A stretch of 39,274 nucleotides of DNA. Origin: Octopus bimaculoides. Taxonomy: Eukaryota. Both the position numbers and the translations under genes were made by a program. Below, piece by piece: positions 20,391-32,297 of the stretch; positions within the stretch are counted from its first letter, which is position 1; the number at the start of each line of letters is the position of its first letter. The DNA lies in the NCBI RefSeq assembly GCF_001194135.2, contig NC_068983.1:121845266-121884539 (forward strand). The letters run 5' to 3'. The notes beneath the pieces were generated by a model. That model was not told the DNA's origin and ran no database searches. It saw only the letters and a program-made list of their open reading frames with translations.

Positions 20391-21098
20391 TCATAATTTT
20401 ATGAATCGAAACCAATTATGTAACCTCTATTCGTTCTCTCTTCCTGTTAGAGATAGCAACCAAATCTCTATCAAACCACACTCTACTGCCTTAAAATGGC
20501 AATGACACATAAGACTATGTAATTACAAATATAAGCTAAAAGGTGGCCACGGCTTCAGTGTTTTGATCATAGTTCTGCTTGATTAGATCTTAACATCAAC
20601 ACTTTTACAAATAACCCAAAACTTTCCTGAAAAGGCACTGTTCATAACTAATTAAGATACATTAGAATTAATAACACAGCTCACACCGCACTTATTCCAC
20701 ACGATCACTTGTCTATGCAACATCACAACTTAACTTTCTACTAATTTAAAACACAAATCAAAAGGCACTTACTCTATAAAATTACCAGCCAATACTGTTA
20801 AAAATCTGTGCCACATAGTCTACACAATTCCCAAATAAGAATACTAAAAGTCTTAAACACTAAAATAGCGCAAGAAATTTTTTTTAAACGCCACAGTACA
20901 ACAAATTAGATTTAACATAAAAGCACCTCTAGACACTACCAAAAGACAATACGTACACAACTAATAAAACGATGCACCTAGAATACGATGAAGACCTTAT
21001 TCAAAGCAATTGGAAACACATTATGATTCTTTGTTTATAACAGTATTAGGTCACCGATTTCGTGGACTGATACAATCGATAGAATCATCATCGGTGTT

Positions 21099-21279
21099 AT
21101 TCCGTCTGTCTTTATGTTCTGAGTTCAAATTCCGCCGAGGTCGACTTTGCCTTTCATCCTTTCGGAGTCGATAAATTAAGTACCAGTTACGCACTGGGGT
21201 CGATGTAACTGACTTAATCCCTTTGTCTGTCCTTGTTTGTCCCCTCTATGTTTAGCCCCTTGTGGGCAGTAAAAAAATA
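21099..21279 (+). mobile_element. 5'-truncated SINE family B (CCC-TGTG tail), 18-bp TSD
   Basis: TSD AGAATCATCATCGGTGTT at 21081-21098 and 21280-21297. Confidence 0.95.
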
Positions 21280-21380
21280 AGAATCATCATCGGTGTTTGA
21301 CTGATACTTATTTTATTCAGCTTAGAAGGATGAAAAAAATCGAGGTCGATTTCGGAGGAATTCAAGTTCAGAACTTAAAC
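21280..21380 (-). mobile_element. Older SINE family B copy that was the insertion target of 21099-21279
   Basis: TGATACTTATTTTATTCAGCTTAGAAGGATGAAA...GAGGTCGATTTCGGAGGAATTCAAGTTCAGAAC resembles the reverse complement of the B core. Confidence 0.7.
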
Positions 21381-22667
21381 ATACGTAATAAAATACCACA
21401 AACATGTAGTCCAGTCCTGTACTGAATCTACCTCTCTTCCAGTCTTTCTGGTAGAAATTATAAAGAAGTGGTTTACAAGAGATCACATCACCATTTAGTG
21501 AAATTCCTGTTGTGCGTCTGAAAACATAGGAGCAAACACAAGGAAATAATTAATTTTGTACGTTTATTTAGTAACAGAATTATTTAGACGGCAAGGCGTC
21601 TAGTTCAAGTGGTTAAATATATACACACAGACATATACCAGAAACACCCCACATACACATCATGCACACCGTACACACGCGCATGCGCGCGCGTACACAT
21701 TCACTTAGACACACGCACACACGTATAGAGAAAGGTATGAGAGAGATGCATATACGACTACAAATAAGTACAATCACACCAAAACAAATATGCAAAATGA
21801 TATGCATACACTCACTAGATTCTAAACATGTGTGTGCGCGCGCGCTTTCGTGCGCGTGATTGTGTGTACGTGCGTGCATGCGTGCGTCCGTGCATGCATA
21901 GATCCGTGCATGTGTGTGTCCGTGTCCTACATTACAGCATTCCGCGTCCGTCCCCAGAAATCTTGCTGTAACTGCAGAATTCCGTAATCCGAAACCTGTT
22001 TTCCCATTGATTTTCATGTTACAAATTGAGACGCCACTGCTACGGAATTTAATCGAAAATATAATATACAATAACTTTTATGTATGAAAATATCAACTTT
22101 TAAACACAATCAGTACAATATGTGCACATACAACCATCAAAACATAAATATATTAATACATAAGGGAATGAATGAGAATACAGTGCTGTCATAATAGGAT
22201 ACGTACTCACTACCATAAACACTGTAGACGACTGTGGTATAGGTTGTGATGAAATGTGAGTCACTGGAAGAAAGAAGGGCATCATTTTTTACTCTGGACA
22301 GCATTAATTTCAGCATTTGCTTCAATGTTCAGAGTAGGACCTGATCTCATTATGAACTAAAGTTGTAACTTTTGTTACATCCAAGATTTGAATTATTTAT
22401 CATCAAAGACTTTCAGATGTTTCTCTGTAAATGCTTACGTTTTAGCCATGTTATTTACAATCAACAAAGTGGCGTGGGTGAAACTTCTATATATATACTG
22501 TTCTTCCTTTGCATTTAGCTCTTGCTTAAGCCCCCATCAATCCTTTGTAAGACAAGGTCTTTGAATGGGACCCTAGAAACTCAACCACATCTTTTTCAAT
22601 GACGGCTTCAAACCTAGATCCTTTTTTATTATCCTACACAATAATATCTCACATAACTGCCGGTGAT

Positions 22668-22745
22668 CTAGCAGAATCGTTAGCACGCTGGACAAAATGC
22701 TTAACGAAATATTGTCCGTCTTTACATTTTAAGTTCAAATGCACC
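22668..22745 (+). mobile_element. SINE family B head fragment
   Basis: GGTGATCTAGCAGAATCGTTAGCACGCTGGACAAAATGCTTAAC. Confidence 0.7.
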
Positions 22746-22866
22746 TTCAGGATTCTACGAGCCTTCGTGATTCTATGACCAGCAAGTTTTCATTCTTTTC
22801 TTTCATATTTCCGTTTTTATTCACCCTTTGTCTTCTCTTTTTTTTTTCTTGCTTTACAAAGTAAAC

Positions 22867-23864
22867 ATAGCTGCTCCGCTGGCAGTGTGCAACAAAGAAG
22901 AACAGAGGTCAATGATACGATTTCTCTGGTTTTAAGGTGTGTCAGGGACTGAAATGCATTGCAGGCTTTCGGAGCGCTAGATCGAGTTTTAAAATGGCCG
23001 AAGAAGCGTGAAGCACGAAGAGGAAGCTGGACATCAGTCAAAATCAACGTGAGTATTCAACAAGTTCGAGAGAATAGTTCTGGTGAACCAGCGATTGACT
23101 GTCAATGAGGTGGCATGTTCTCGGTGAATTAGTCATGGTTCTGCATATAAAATCATCTAGACAGGCTTCACTTCCGTAGAGTTTGTACGGGATAGATGCC
23201 AAGAGAACTTACCGATTCGCATAAGCAAAATCGTGTGGAGATCTGTTAACGCTTACTCGACCGCTACAACAATAAGGACAAAGCTTTTTGGGAAAGGAAT
23301 AGTTAGAGCAGATGAGACTTGGGTCCATCACTTTGAGCCAGAGACCAAAAGATGACAACGCAGTTCAAGACAAACTTCCGCAGAAAAAGTGATGCTAACC
23401 GTTTGTTAGGGCGCAAACGGGTCTATACTGAAACATTTTCCGGAAAAAGTGTCTGCAGTCATCAGTGTAGACTATAGTGAAGTGCTGGCCAACAAAGTGA
23501 AACCTGCAATTTGAACCAAACGTCTATTCTCAAGTAAGTGTTATTGTTGCACTCCAATGATCGCCTACATACGGCCGCTCACACCGTTGAAATCATCGAA
23601 AAGTTGAGCGTCGAGTAACTGAATCACCCTTCATACAGTCCAGATCTCGACCCTTCCAATTGTCACCTGTCTGGACTGCTCAAACATTCTTTACGAAGTT
23701 GTCGAATTGTTACGGGCGAAGAGCAGGAAGCAGCGCGTAAATGACAGCGCGGTCAGTCGAAAAACTTCGATGGAATAAGCTAAGCTTTGGAGCGTTGAAA
23801 GAAGTGCATCGCAAAGCAATGACACTATGTAAAAAAAAATTTTATTGTTCAACACCTTCTTTTG

Positions 23865-23865
<1 letters not shown>
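22867..23865 (+). pseudogene. Decayed Tc1/mariner (mariner-type) transposase
   Basis: Fragments AAPLAVCNKEEQRSMIRFLW (22870 ff), ADETWVHHFEPETKR (23308 ff) and HPSYSPDLDPSNCHLSGLLK (23625 ff), with many stops and frameshifts. Confidence 0.9.
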
Positions 23866-23916
<51 letters not shown>

Positions 23917-24495
23917 NNNNNNNNNNNNNNNNNNNNNNNNNNNNNNNNNNNNNNNNNNNNNNNNNNNNNNNNNNNNNNNNNNNNNNNNNNNNNNNNNNNN
24001 NNNNNNNNNNNNNNNNNNNNNNNNNNNNNNNNNNNNNNNNNNNNNNNNNNNNNNNNNNNNNNNNNNNNNNNNNNNNNNNNNNNNNNNNNNNNNNNNNNNN
24101 NNNNNNNNNNNNNNNNNNNNNNNNNNNNNNNNNNNNNNNNNNNNNNNNNNNNNNNNNNNNNNNNNNNNNNNNNNNNNNNNNNNNNNNNNNNNNNNNNNNN
24201 NNNNNNNNNNNNNNNNNNNNNNNNNNNNNNNNNNNNNNNNNNNNNNNNNNNNNNNNNNNNNNNNNNNNNNNNNNNNNNNNNNNNNNNNNNNNNNNNNNNN
24301 NNNNNNNNNNNNNNNNNNNNNNNNNNNNNNNNNNNNNNNNNNNNNNNNNNNNNNNNNNNNNNNNNNNNNNNNNNNNNNNNNNNNNNNNNNNNNNNNNNNN
24401 NNNNNNNNNNNNNNNNNNNNNNNNNNNNNNNNNNNNNNNNNNNNNNNNNNNNNNNNNNNNNNNNNNNNNNNNNNNNNNNNNNNNNNNNNNNNNNN
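23917..24495. other. Assembly gap (N run) after (GT)n
   Basis: Run of N. Confidence 1.
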
Positions 24496-24561
24496 AATTA
24501 AGGGATCAGCAAGCATTTGCTTCACCACGCGCGTACGGATGTATGTGCATGTGTGTGTGTG

Positions 24562-24602
<41 letters not shown>

Positions 24603-24772
24603 TTAAGTGGTAGTTACTTTTCCATTGATATTTAGTTTCTCTTATTCTCATTGATCTTTCGTTCTCTCACTATCGACATTGTATCCTTGGTTCAGTCGCA
24701 GATTGATCCTCAAATCCTTTAATGTAAATGTAGCATTGATAAATAATAAATGACATTATATATGCATAAAAC

Positions 24773-25077
24773 TGGCACTCCGTCGGGTACGACGACCTTG
24801 GTTTCAGTTGATCCGATCAACGGAACAGCCTGCTCGGGAAATTGACGTGCAAGTGGCTGAGCGCTCCACAGACACGTGTACCCTGACGTAGTTCTCATGG
24901 AGATTCAGCGTAACAGCGAGTGTGACGAGGCTGGCCCTTTGAATTACAGGTACTACTCATTTTTGCCAGCTGAGTGAACTGGAGCAACGTAAAATAAAGT
25001 ATCTTGTTCAAAGACACAACGCGTCACCGGGAATTGAACACACGACCTTGCTATCGTGAGCCGAATTCCCTAACCAC
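24773..25077 (-). mobile_element. CORE-like tRNA SINE carrying the family A 3' tail
   Basis: Minus strand reads tRNA-like head ...GTGTTCAATTCCCGG, then TTGTGTCTTTGAACAAGATACTT...CTCCAGTTCACTCAGCTG (CORE-like), then the same ~200-nt 3' part as family A. Confidence 0.85.
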
Positions 25078-25219
25078 CATATTTACATATATACACACAC
25101 TCACACATACTCACATACGTACACACACAGACACAAACACAGACACATATATATATATATATATATAATATATATATATTATATACGTGTATACACACAC
25201 ACACACACACACATATATG

Positions 25220-25254
<35 letters not shown>

Positions 25255-25717
25255 NNNNNNNNNNNNNNNNNNNNNNNNNNNNNNNNNNNNNNNNNNNNNN
25301 NNNNNNNNNNNNNNNNNNNNNNNNNNNNNNNNNNNNNNNNNNNNNNNNNNNNNNNNNNNNNNNNNNNNNNNNNNNNNNNNNNNNNNNNNNNNNNNNNNNN
25401 NNNNNNNNNNNNNNNNNNNNNNNNNNNNNNNNNNNNNNNNNNNNNNNNNNNNNNNNNNNNNNNNNNNNNNNNNNNNNNNNNNNNNNNNNNNNNNNNNNNN
25501 NNNNNNNNNNNNNNNNNNNNNNNNNNNNNNNNNNNNNNNNNNNNNNNNNNNNNNNNNNNNNNNNNNNNNNNNNNNNNNNNNNNNNNNNNNNNNNNNNNNN
25601 NNNNNNNNNNNNNNNNNNNNNNNNNNNNNNNNNNNNNNNNNNNNNNNNNNNNNNNNNNNNNNNNNNNNNNNNNNNNNNNNNNNNNNNNNNNNNNNNNNNN
25701 NNNNNNNNNNNNNNNNN
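25255..25717. other. Assembly gap (N run) within (AT)n
   Basis: Run of N. Confidence 1.
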
Positions 25718-25741
25718 ATATAACGCCATACAAGTTTCAAG

Positions 25742-26083
25742 GTGGAGGCGCAATGGCCCAGTGGTTAGGGCAGCGGACTCGCGGTCATAGGATCGCGGTT
25801 TCGATTCCCAGACCGGGCGTTGTGAGTGTTTATTGAGCGAAAACACCTAAAGCTCCACGAATCTCCGGCAGGGGGGTGTGGCGACCCCTGCTGTACTCTT
25901 TCACCACAACTTGCTTTGTCACTCTGTGTCACGCTGAATATCCCCGAGAACTACATTAAGGGTACACGTGTCTGTGGCGTGCTCAGCCACTTGCACGTTA
26001 ATTTCACGAGCAGGCTGTTCCGTTGATCGGATCAACTGGAACCCTCGACGTCGTAAGCGACGGAGTGCCAACAACAATGAACA
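25742..26083 (+). mobile_element. tRNA-derived SINE family A with internal deletion, 12-bp TSD
   Basis: A box TGGCCCAGTGG (25754-25764) and B-box-like GGTTTCGATTCC (from 25797). TSD ACAAGTTTCAAG at 25730-25741 and 26084-26095. Confidence 0.95.
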
Positions 26084-26280
26084 ACAAGTTTCAAGAGGGA
26101 AAGAGACATTGAATATATAACATTTCTTGATACAGTGCGTCGCAAGCAAAAGAGCGAAAACAACAGGGCAGGATGACCTTTGGTTTATGAGGGTGAGTAT
26201 ACGAAGTCTCAAACTGTTTAGTTAAAAAAAAATTAATTAAAAAATCTGTGCGCCAACAGATCCGAAAGAATTATTGTTTT

Positions 26281-26316
<36 letters not shown>

Positions 26317-26359
26317 CACCACTAGTTTACCATTCTACGTGAAGAATGAGGGTAATCTA

Positions 26360-26587
26360 TTGGGTTGTCCGGAAAGTTCGTGCCGATTTTTAAAGGTAAG
26401 AAAAAGGTCAATAAATACTTGTCATTACATTTTTAATCAACCAAATATGAACCATTTTGTTGCACAACGCGTCTCCATCTTTCCTTTAACTTGAAAATAG
26501 CCTCTTCCCAGAATTGAGGTGGTTTCATGGCAAATAAGTCGAAAGGTAAGCTACTATAAATCGGCACGAACTTTACGAACAACCCAC
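26360..26587 (-). mobile_element. Mariner-derived MITE (internally deleted), ~30-bp TIRs, TA TSD
   Basis: TIRs TTGGGTTGTCCGGAAAGTTCGTGCCGATTT and AAATCGGCACGAACTTTACGAACAACCCAC, with TA at 26358-59 and 26588-89. Minus strand 26534-26433 reads FAMKPPQFWEEAIFKLKERWRRVVQQNGSYLVD*, a mariner C-terminus. Confidence 0.9.
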
Positions 26588-26943
26588 TATTTTAAAACTT
26601 AACTATAACCAACGATTACCTGTCAACGTGTGTCTTTGTTGGCATGAAAGAATATTTTTTGCATGTGTATGTGTATACGCGCAAGCTTGTGTATCTATTT
26701 GTATGTGACCCTAAGATCATTGACATCCAACCTGATTAACAACCACCTAGAGTGCAGAAAGAAACCTTAGTATAGATTCAATATTTAAATTCTTATATAT
26801 TAAGCTTAGTTGAGCTTCACAACAAATGTATTCTTAGCACGTTAATGTTTTTAAATGAAATGCATATTCTCTCCATCTTTTCCTCCCTTACATAACTCTC
26901 TCTCTCTTTCTCGCTCTCTCTTTCTCTCTCTCTCTCTCTCTCT

Positions 26944-27095
26944 NNNNNNNNNNNNNNNNNNNNNNNNNNNNNNNNNNNNNNNNNNNNNNNNNNNNNNNNN
27001 NNNNNNNNNNNNNNNNNNNNNNNNNNNNNNNNNNNNNNNNNNNNNNNNNNNNNNNNNNNNNNNNNNNNNNNNNNNNNNNNNNNNNNNNNNNNNNN
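26944..27095. other. Assembly gap (N run) between (CT)n and (AT)n
   Basis: Run of N. Confidence 1.
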
Positions 27096-27435
27096 ATATA
27101 TATATATATAAACAATATATGAGTATATGCATATATATGTACATGTATGTATATACGTTCATCTACATGTACATATAGATACATAACTGGGTACATGACG
27201 TGGCAAAAGAACAAGGACAAAATGGTAAACAAGGTGCAACAAACAAGCAGGCCACATAGAAACATCCCCTTCATCAGCTGCCACCATTAAAACTCCGGCG
27301 TTTCGAAGAATTAAGGCAGTACGCATCGTTAAAATGGTTCTTCCCACGAACACAAATTAAATTGTTTTCGTGGAGGGTAGTGGCGGACGGAAAACAAGAC
27401 AGGAAAACGAAACGGTGAAATAAAGAATAGAATAT

Positions 27436-27671
27436 ACTATTTTAGTTGTTTCAGTCATTTGACAGCGGCCATGCTGGAACACTGCCTCTAGTCGAACAAA
27501 TCACCCCATGACTTATACTATGTAAGCGTAGTACTTATCCTGTCGGCTGTCAAGCGATGATGGGGGGACAAACACAGACACACAAACATATATGTACATA
27601 CGACGGGCTTCTTTTAGTTTCGTCTACAAATCCACTCACAAGGCTTTGGTCGGCCCGAGGCTATATTAGAA
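27436..27671 (-). mobile_element. SINE family C, head missing, internally deleted
   Basis: Matches 30368-31346 (TGTTTCAG.CATTTGAC.GC.GCCAT.CTGGA, ATACGACGGGCTTCTT, ACTCACAAGGCTTTG). Confidence 0.8.
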
Positions 27672-27753
27672 GTGATGGCTTGGATTTGTAGTTTGAATCA
27701 GCTTTCTCCTTCCTGGTTCTGAGAAGCCTAATTTCTCAAGATTGGTACTTAGG
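27672..27753 (-). mobile_element. Second fragment of the (ACAT)n-associated RLE LINE
   Basis: Aligns with 17955-18040. Minus strand reads LSTNLEKLGFSEPGRRKLIQ. Its 5' junction abuts (ATGT)n. Confidence 0.75.
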
Positions 27754-27788
27754 CAATGCATGCATGTATGTATGTATGTATGTATGTA

Positions 27789-28003
27789 CATTGTAAATTG
27801 TGACATGGATTTTGTTCACAACAGAACATGTGCAACCTGTGGAAAAGTGCACCTTTCAGAGTTCATACTGAAGCCCCTGTACATTCTGCCAGTCAGCACA
27901 GCCTTGCATTATGCAATAGAATGTGAAAATCTTTGGTCAGAATCAAGAGTCATATAAGAGTCTCACATTACATCAACAATGGCTCATTACGAGAATGCAG
28001 CTA

Positions 28004-28005
<2 letters not shown>
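27789..28005 (+). mobile_element. Degenerate RTE-type 3' end (multi-finger type) with (ATGT)n tail
   Basis: RTCATCGKV... and CNRM*KSLVRIKSHIRVSH resemble fingers 2 and 3 of 18094-18654. The tail is CAATGGCTCATTACGAGAATGCAGCTAAT(ATGT)n. Confidence 0.6.
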
Positions 28006-28034
<29 letters not shown>

Positions 28035-28040
28035 TGTATG

Positions 28041-28178
28041 CAGTCGTGTATGCTTGTCAAGAGCAGGGCTCATTAGCCACCAACGGAGCCGCAAATGCAA
28101 AATATAAGTTAGTCCTAGAGCGCACAATGTTCCTGAATGTCGGCAATGGTCTTCCTCGGTCACGAGTGGACGGCCATC
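28041..28178 (+). mobile_element. Short 3' end of a second RTE-type LINE with (ATGT)n tail
   Basis: SRVCLSRAGLISHQRSRKCKI* (finger end), then GGCAATGGTCTTCCTCGGTCACGAGTGGACGGCCATC(ATGT)n. Confidence 0.75.
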
Positions 28179-28599
28179 ATGTATGTATGTATGTATGTAT
28201 GTATGTATGTATGACCTGGGTATGAGTTTAAACTGCATCCGGTAGTAGGGCCCTGTTTCGAGGGTGTCAGGCCATTGAGTAGTTTGCAACCATCTCTTAG
28301 CCACTATTGTTCCCAGATCTACTCTGAACCAGAGTAGTGGCACCTGTTGGGGTCCCAGCTATGAATCAACTAGCACGTAAACCAAGCGGAGTGGTTCTCG
28401 TTAGACCTTCCTTCTAGAAGGTAAACTCGTATAAAAATAAATCCCTGAAGTGTAGTTAGTTTCTGATCATCTCTACCTCTGTTGTATCACTAGTGTTGAG
28501 CAACAATTTATCCCTAGAAAGCAAATTCATGCACAGGAACTTCTTGGACTTTCGATCACGAGTTGACTTCCACCATGTATATATATATATGTACATATA

Positions 28600-28829
28600 T
28601 TTTTATTCTTTCACTGATTTCAGTCACTGGAAGTAGCTGTGCTGAGATATCACAGCATGTTTCAAAGCAACCCAAATACTTAATTAAGCCTGTGGTTATT
28701 TTAATTTCTTTTCCTATTTTACTATCTATATAGGTTTTAACTACTCAACGCCACAAACAAATACGATAGGCTTCTGAACATTTTCTGTCCATCCACACAC
28801 ACAAACAAACACACACACAAACACACACA

Positions 28830-28860
<31 letters not shown>

Positions 28861-28968
28861 TATTATTCAACCCAGTGCTTTGCCCAGTGTGCCGCTCTGT
28901 GGGAATGAATCTAAAACCATATGTTTGCTAAGCAAGCTGAGCTGCTTAACCTCACAGTCATGTGTGCA
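28600..28968 (-). mobile_element. Highly degenerate SINE family C
   Basis: A tail-like TTCACTGATTTCAGTCA, an internal (CA)n tract and a head-like TTTGCCCAGTGTGCCGC...GGGAATGAA. Confidence 0.45.
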
Positions 28969-29149
28969 CTTACATATTCATGATACAAGTTTCACTGTGT
29001 CACGGAAATAGTTGATTAAATATTGATTTATTGAGAATTTATTTTTTCCTGCCATAACAGAATTTCAAGAAAATCATAAGAAAATACGAAAATCATGAAT
29101 ATGTAATTTCTTTTACGATTTTTTTAGTTTTCATTCATCTGAATGAGCT

Positions 29150-29197
29150 TATATATACATGTGTGCATGTGTGTGTGTGCATGTTTGTATGTATACA

Positions 29198-29239
<42 letters not shown>

Positions 29240-29395
29240 TGTATATGTATGTATATGTATGTATGTAGATTTGTAACTATGTATGTACGTAGATATGTAT
29301 GTATATATATATGTATGTATGTATGTATATATGTATTATGTATGCGTTTATGTATATATGTATATATGTATGCATGTTTGTATGTATATATTATC
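29150..29395. repeat. Compound (GT)/(AT)/(ATGT)n microsatellite
   Basis: Read directly from the sequence. Confidence 0.9.
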
Positions 29396-30367
29396 TACAT
29401 TACTCACACCAGCTGACAGTCATATCATGTCACACACAATTTTGAATAACCTACAACATAGCGAAGGAAACTCTAAACATCACGGCAATATAAGGTAACT
29501 CTCCTGTTCACATAAAGCTAATTTGTTGCTTGTATTTTGTTGGTGTTTGAGTTTTTTCAATCCCATTTCATTCTTGTTTTAAGAGACTTCTAATAAAAAG
29601 TATTCCAAGAGCAATCATTTCGTTTTACCTTTTTAAATACGATGCGCTTCGGGCTAACTTTTACAATGTGCTCTTTCGTCTAAAAGACTCTAAAGGTGTG
29701 TGTTTGTCGTTATTTCTACCTCTGTCTCTAAATATACCTCATAGAGACTCTCTGCTTAGGTTACAATATAGTTTCAAAGAAAAATAGACGCTTGTATACT
29801 TGATGTAGTAAGCGGTTTTATTTCATTCTCAATAACAAAAACAATAATTTTCTGAATGACTATTTCGGAAGAAAAAATTAGATTTAAGCCTGTTGTCGTT
29901 TATAAAGCTTTTTCTCTAAATAGTATCGCTAAAAAAAATAATCTATCATGGAACAGCGTAGAAATATAAAGCTAAAAAGCAACAAAGAAGTGTACAATGA
30001 AGTTTAATACGCCAGAGGAAGAAACAGAAGAAAATCTGACATGGAAGAGATGACAAACTAAACATGAATTGAGAAACAAGAGAAAGAGAAAAAATTACGA
30101 TATCAAAGACGACTGCTCACGTGATAAGTCTACATAGACCTCGATTCTTTTTTTCTATAATTCTTTCTTCACTTATATAAAAGGCATCACCCGAAACGTC
30201 AGATACATATCTGGCTCTTCCTTTGGCAATTAAGCTTAACACTTCTTTTTGTCTGCTTTATATTTCTACAGTTTTCATGCACCTGTTTTTGCTTGTCTGT
30301 GTAGTATCTTTAGTTTCTTTGCGTTCGCTTTGCCTCAAATTTCTCATTTTAACTTTGTTATTTTTGT

Positions 30368-31346
30368 CTACTCTTTTACATGTTTCAGCCATTTGACTGC
30401 AGCCATACTGGAGCACCGCCTTTTAGTCGAATAAATAGACCCCAGGACGTCTTCTTCGTAAGCCTAGTACTTATTCTATCATTCCCTTTTGCCGAACCGC
30501 TAAGTTACGGAGACGTAAACACGCCAACATTGGTTGTCAAGCGATGGTGGGGGATAAACACAGAGACTCAAATACACGCACACAAACACACACACACGCA
30601 CACACACACACATACGCACACACACACATACACACACACACACACACANNNNNNNNNNNNNNNNNNNNNNNNNNNNNNNNNNNNNNNNNNNNNNNNNNNN
30701 NNNNNNNNNNNNNNNNNNNNNNNNNNNNNNNNNNNNNNNNNNNNNNNNNNNNNNNNNNNNNNNNNNNNNNNNNNNNNNNNNNNNNNNNNNNNNNNNNNNN
30801 NNNNNNNNNNNNNNNNNNNNNNNNNNNNNNNNNNNNNNNNNNNNNNNNNNNNNNNNNNNNNNNNNNNNNNNNNNNNNNNNNNNNNNNNNNNNNNNNNNNN
30901 NNNNNNNNNNNNNNNNNNNNNNNNNNNNNNNNNNNNNNNNNNNNNNNNNNNNNNNNNNNNNNNNNNNNNNNNNNNNNNNNNNNNNNNNNNNNNNNNNNNN
31001 NNNNNNNNNNNNNNNNNNNNNNNNNNNNNNNNNNNNNNNNNNNNNNNNNNNNNNNNNNNNNNNNNNNNNNNNNNNNNNNNNNNNNNNNNNNNNNNNNNNN
31101 NNNNNNNNNNNNNNNNNNNNNNNNNNNNNNNNNNNNNNNNNNNNNNNNNNNNNNNNNNNNNNNNNNNNNNNNNNNNNNNNNNNNNATATATATATATATA
31201 TATATACGACGGGCTTCTTCCAGTTTCCGTCTATCAAATCTACTCACAAGGCTTTGTAGAAGACAATTGCCCAAATTGTCACGCAGTGGGACTGAACCCA
31301 GAAGCATGTGGTTGGGAAGCAAACTTTTTACCACAGCCACTCCTGC
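30368..31346 (-). mobile_element. tRNA-derived SINE family C with internal microsatellite spanning gap 30649-31185
   Basis: Minus-strand head GCAGGAGTGGCTGTGG...GGGTTCAGTCCCACTGCG, an internal (TA)/(TG) tract with an N gap, and a tail matching 27436-27671. Confidence 0.85.
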
Positions 31347-31495
31347 ACCTATCTGCTTATAATTCTTATGTGTATGCAAATTTATTTGCTGCCTCTTTTG
31401 GGATTGACCATAACAACTATGTGTGTGTGTGTGTTTATGTATATGCATGTGTATGATGTATAACTAGATATAGACACATGTATATATCACATATA

Positions 31496-31786
31496 TCACG
31501 GTATCGACCAGACTAGACTATTAGATGTTGTTAGACACCGCTGATCACAATCCACTCGGAATTGTTCTATGTTTCGAATGATCCACCCCGCTGGCTAGGC
31601 GAGCAGGCACACATTTCCAACGAACGGAACTCCAGTTCCGCGCAGAGTTACCCATTTACAACAAAGTGAATTGGAATAACATGAAATGAAGTATTTCGTT
31701 CTGAAACTCAATGCACATCTGGTCTGGGAATTAAAACCACGATCTCGAGATTATAAATGGAGCCCTCTAACAACTAGGCCACGTGC
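31496..31786 (-). mobile_element. CORE-like tRNA SINE family D, second copy
   Basis: Homologous to 19332-19564. Confidence 0.7.
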
Positions 31787-31789
31787 CAA

Positions 31790-31790
31790 C

Positions 31791-31866
<76 letters not shown>

Positions 31867-31868
31867 GC

Positions 31869-31935
<67 letters not shown>
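31790..31935. repeat. (CA)n followed by (GATA)n
   Basis: Read directly from the sequence. Confidence 0.95.
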
Positions 31936-31936
<1 letters not shown>

Positions 31937-32173
31937 GCTGAGAGATTTTTCCTGTAGTTTTATATTATTAAGTAAGTATTGTTTTCTAACATATGCTTAA
32001 GACCACACGTTATATTAGAACGAATAGTTTATTAAATTGAACCAACATTTGATGGGTACATATTTTATTGTCCCCGAAGAAGTGAAAGACGATGCATTGA
32101 CAGTACGATTTTAACTCAGATCATAAACGAACGAAATTAAAAACATGGCACTTTGTTCTGTGCTCCACTGATT

Positions 32174-32235
32174 CTATATTCTATCTCCTCTCTCTCTCTC
32201 TCTCTTCTCTCTTCTCTCTTCTCTCTTTCTCTCCT

Positions 32236-32269
<34 letters not shown>

Positions 32270-32297
32270 GCTCTCTCTCTTTCTCTCTCTCTCTCTC
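32174..32297. repeat. (CT)n microsatellite
   Basis: Read directly from the sequence. Confidence 0.95.

Noticed and set aside
20560-21000. A/C-rich segment that looks like a decayed LINE ORF
   Set aside because: No motif could be recovered in any frame by eye.
21660-21920. Alternating purine-pyrimidine (CG/CA) tracts, potential Z-DNA (also 3165-3215)
   Set aside because: Ordinary derivatives of the ubiquitous (CA)n repeats; nothing locus-specific.
22210-22262. Possible minus-strand micro-exon (CCCTTCTTTCTTCCAG ... GTA|GTGAGT)
   Set aside because: Splice-like signals only, with no recognisable peptide and no supporting neighbours.
25742-25815. tRNA-like sequence with A and B boxes
   Set aside because: It is a SINE head continuing into the SINE body with TSDs, not a tRNA gene.
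30170-30202. CCGAAACGTCAG, reminiscent of a Penelope-type hammerhead end
   Set aside because: The CUGANGA core is absent (CTTATATA), and no GIY-YIG or RT sequence is recognisable nearby.
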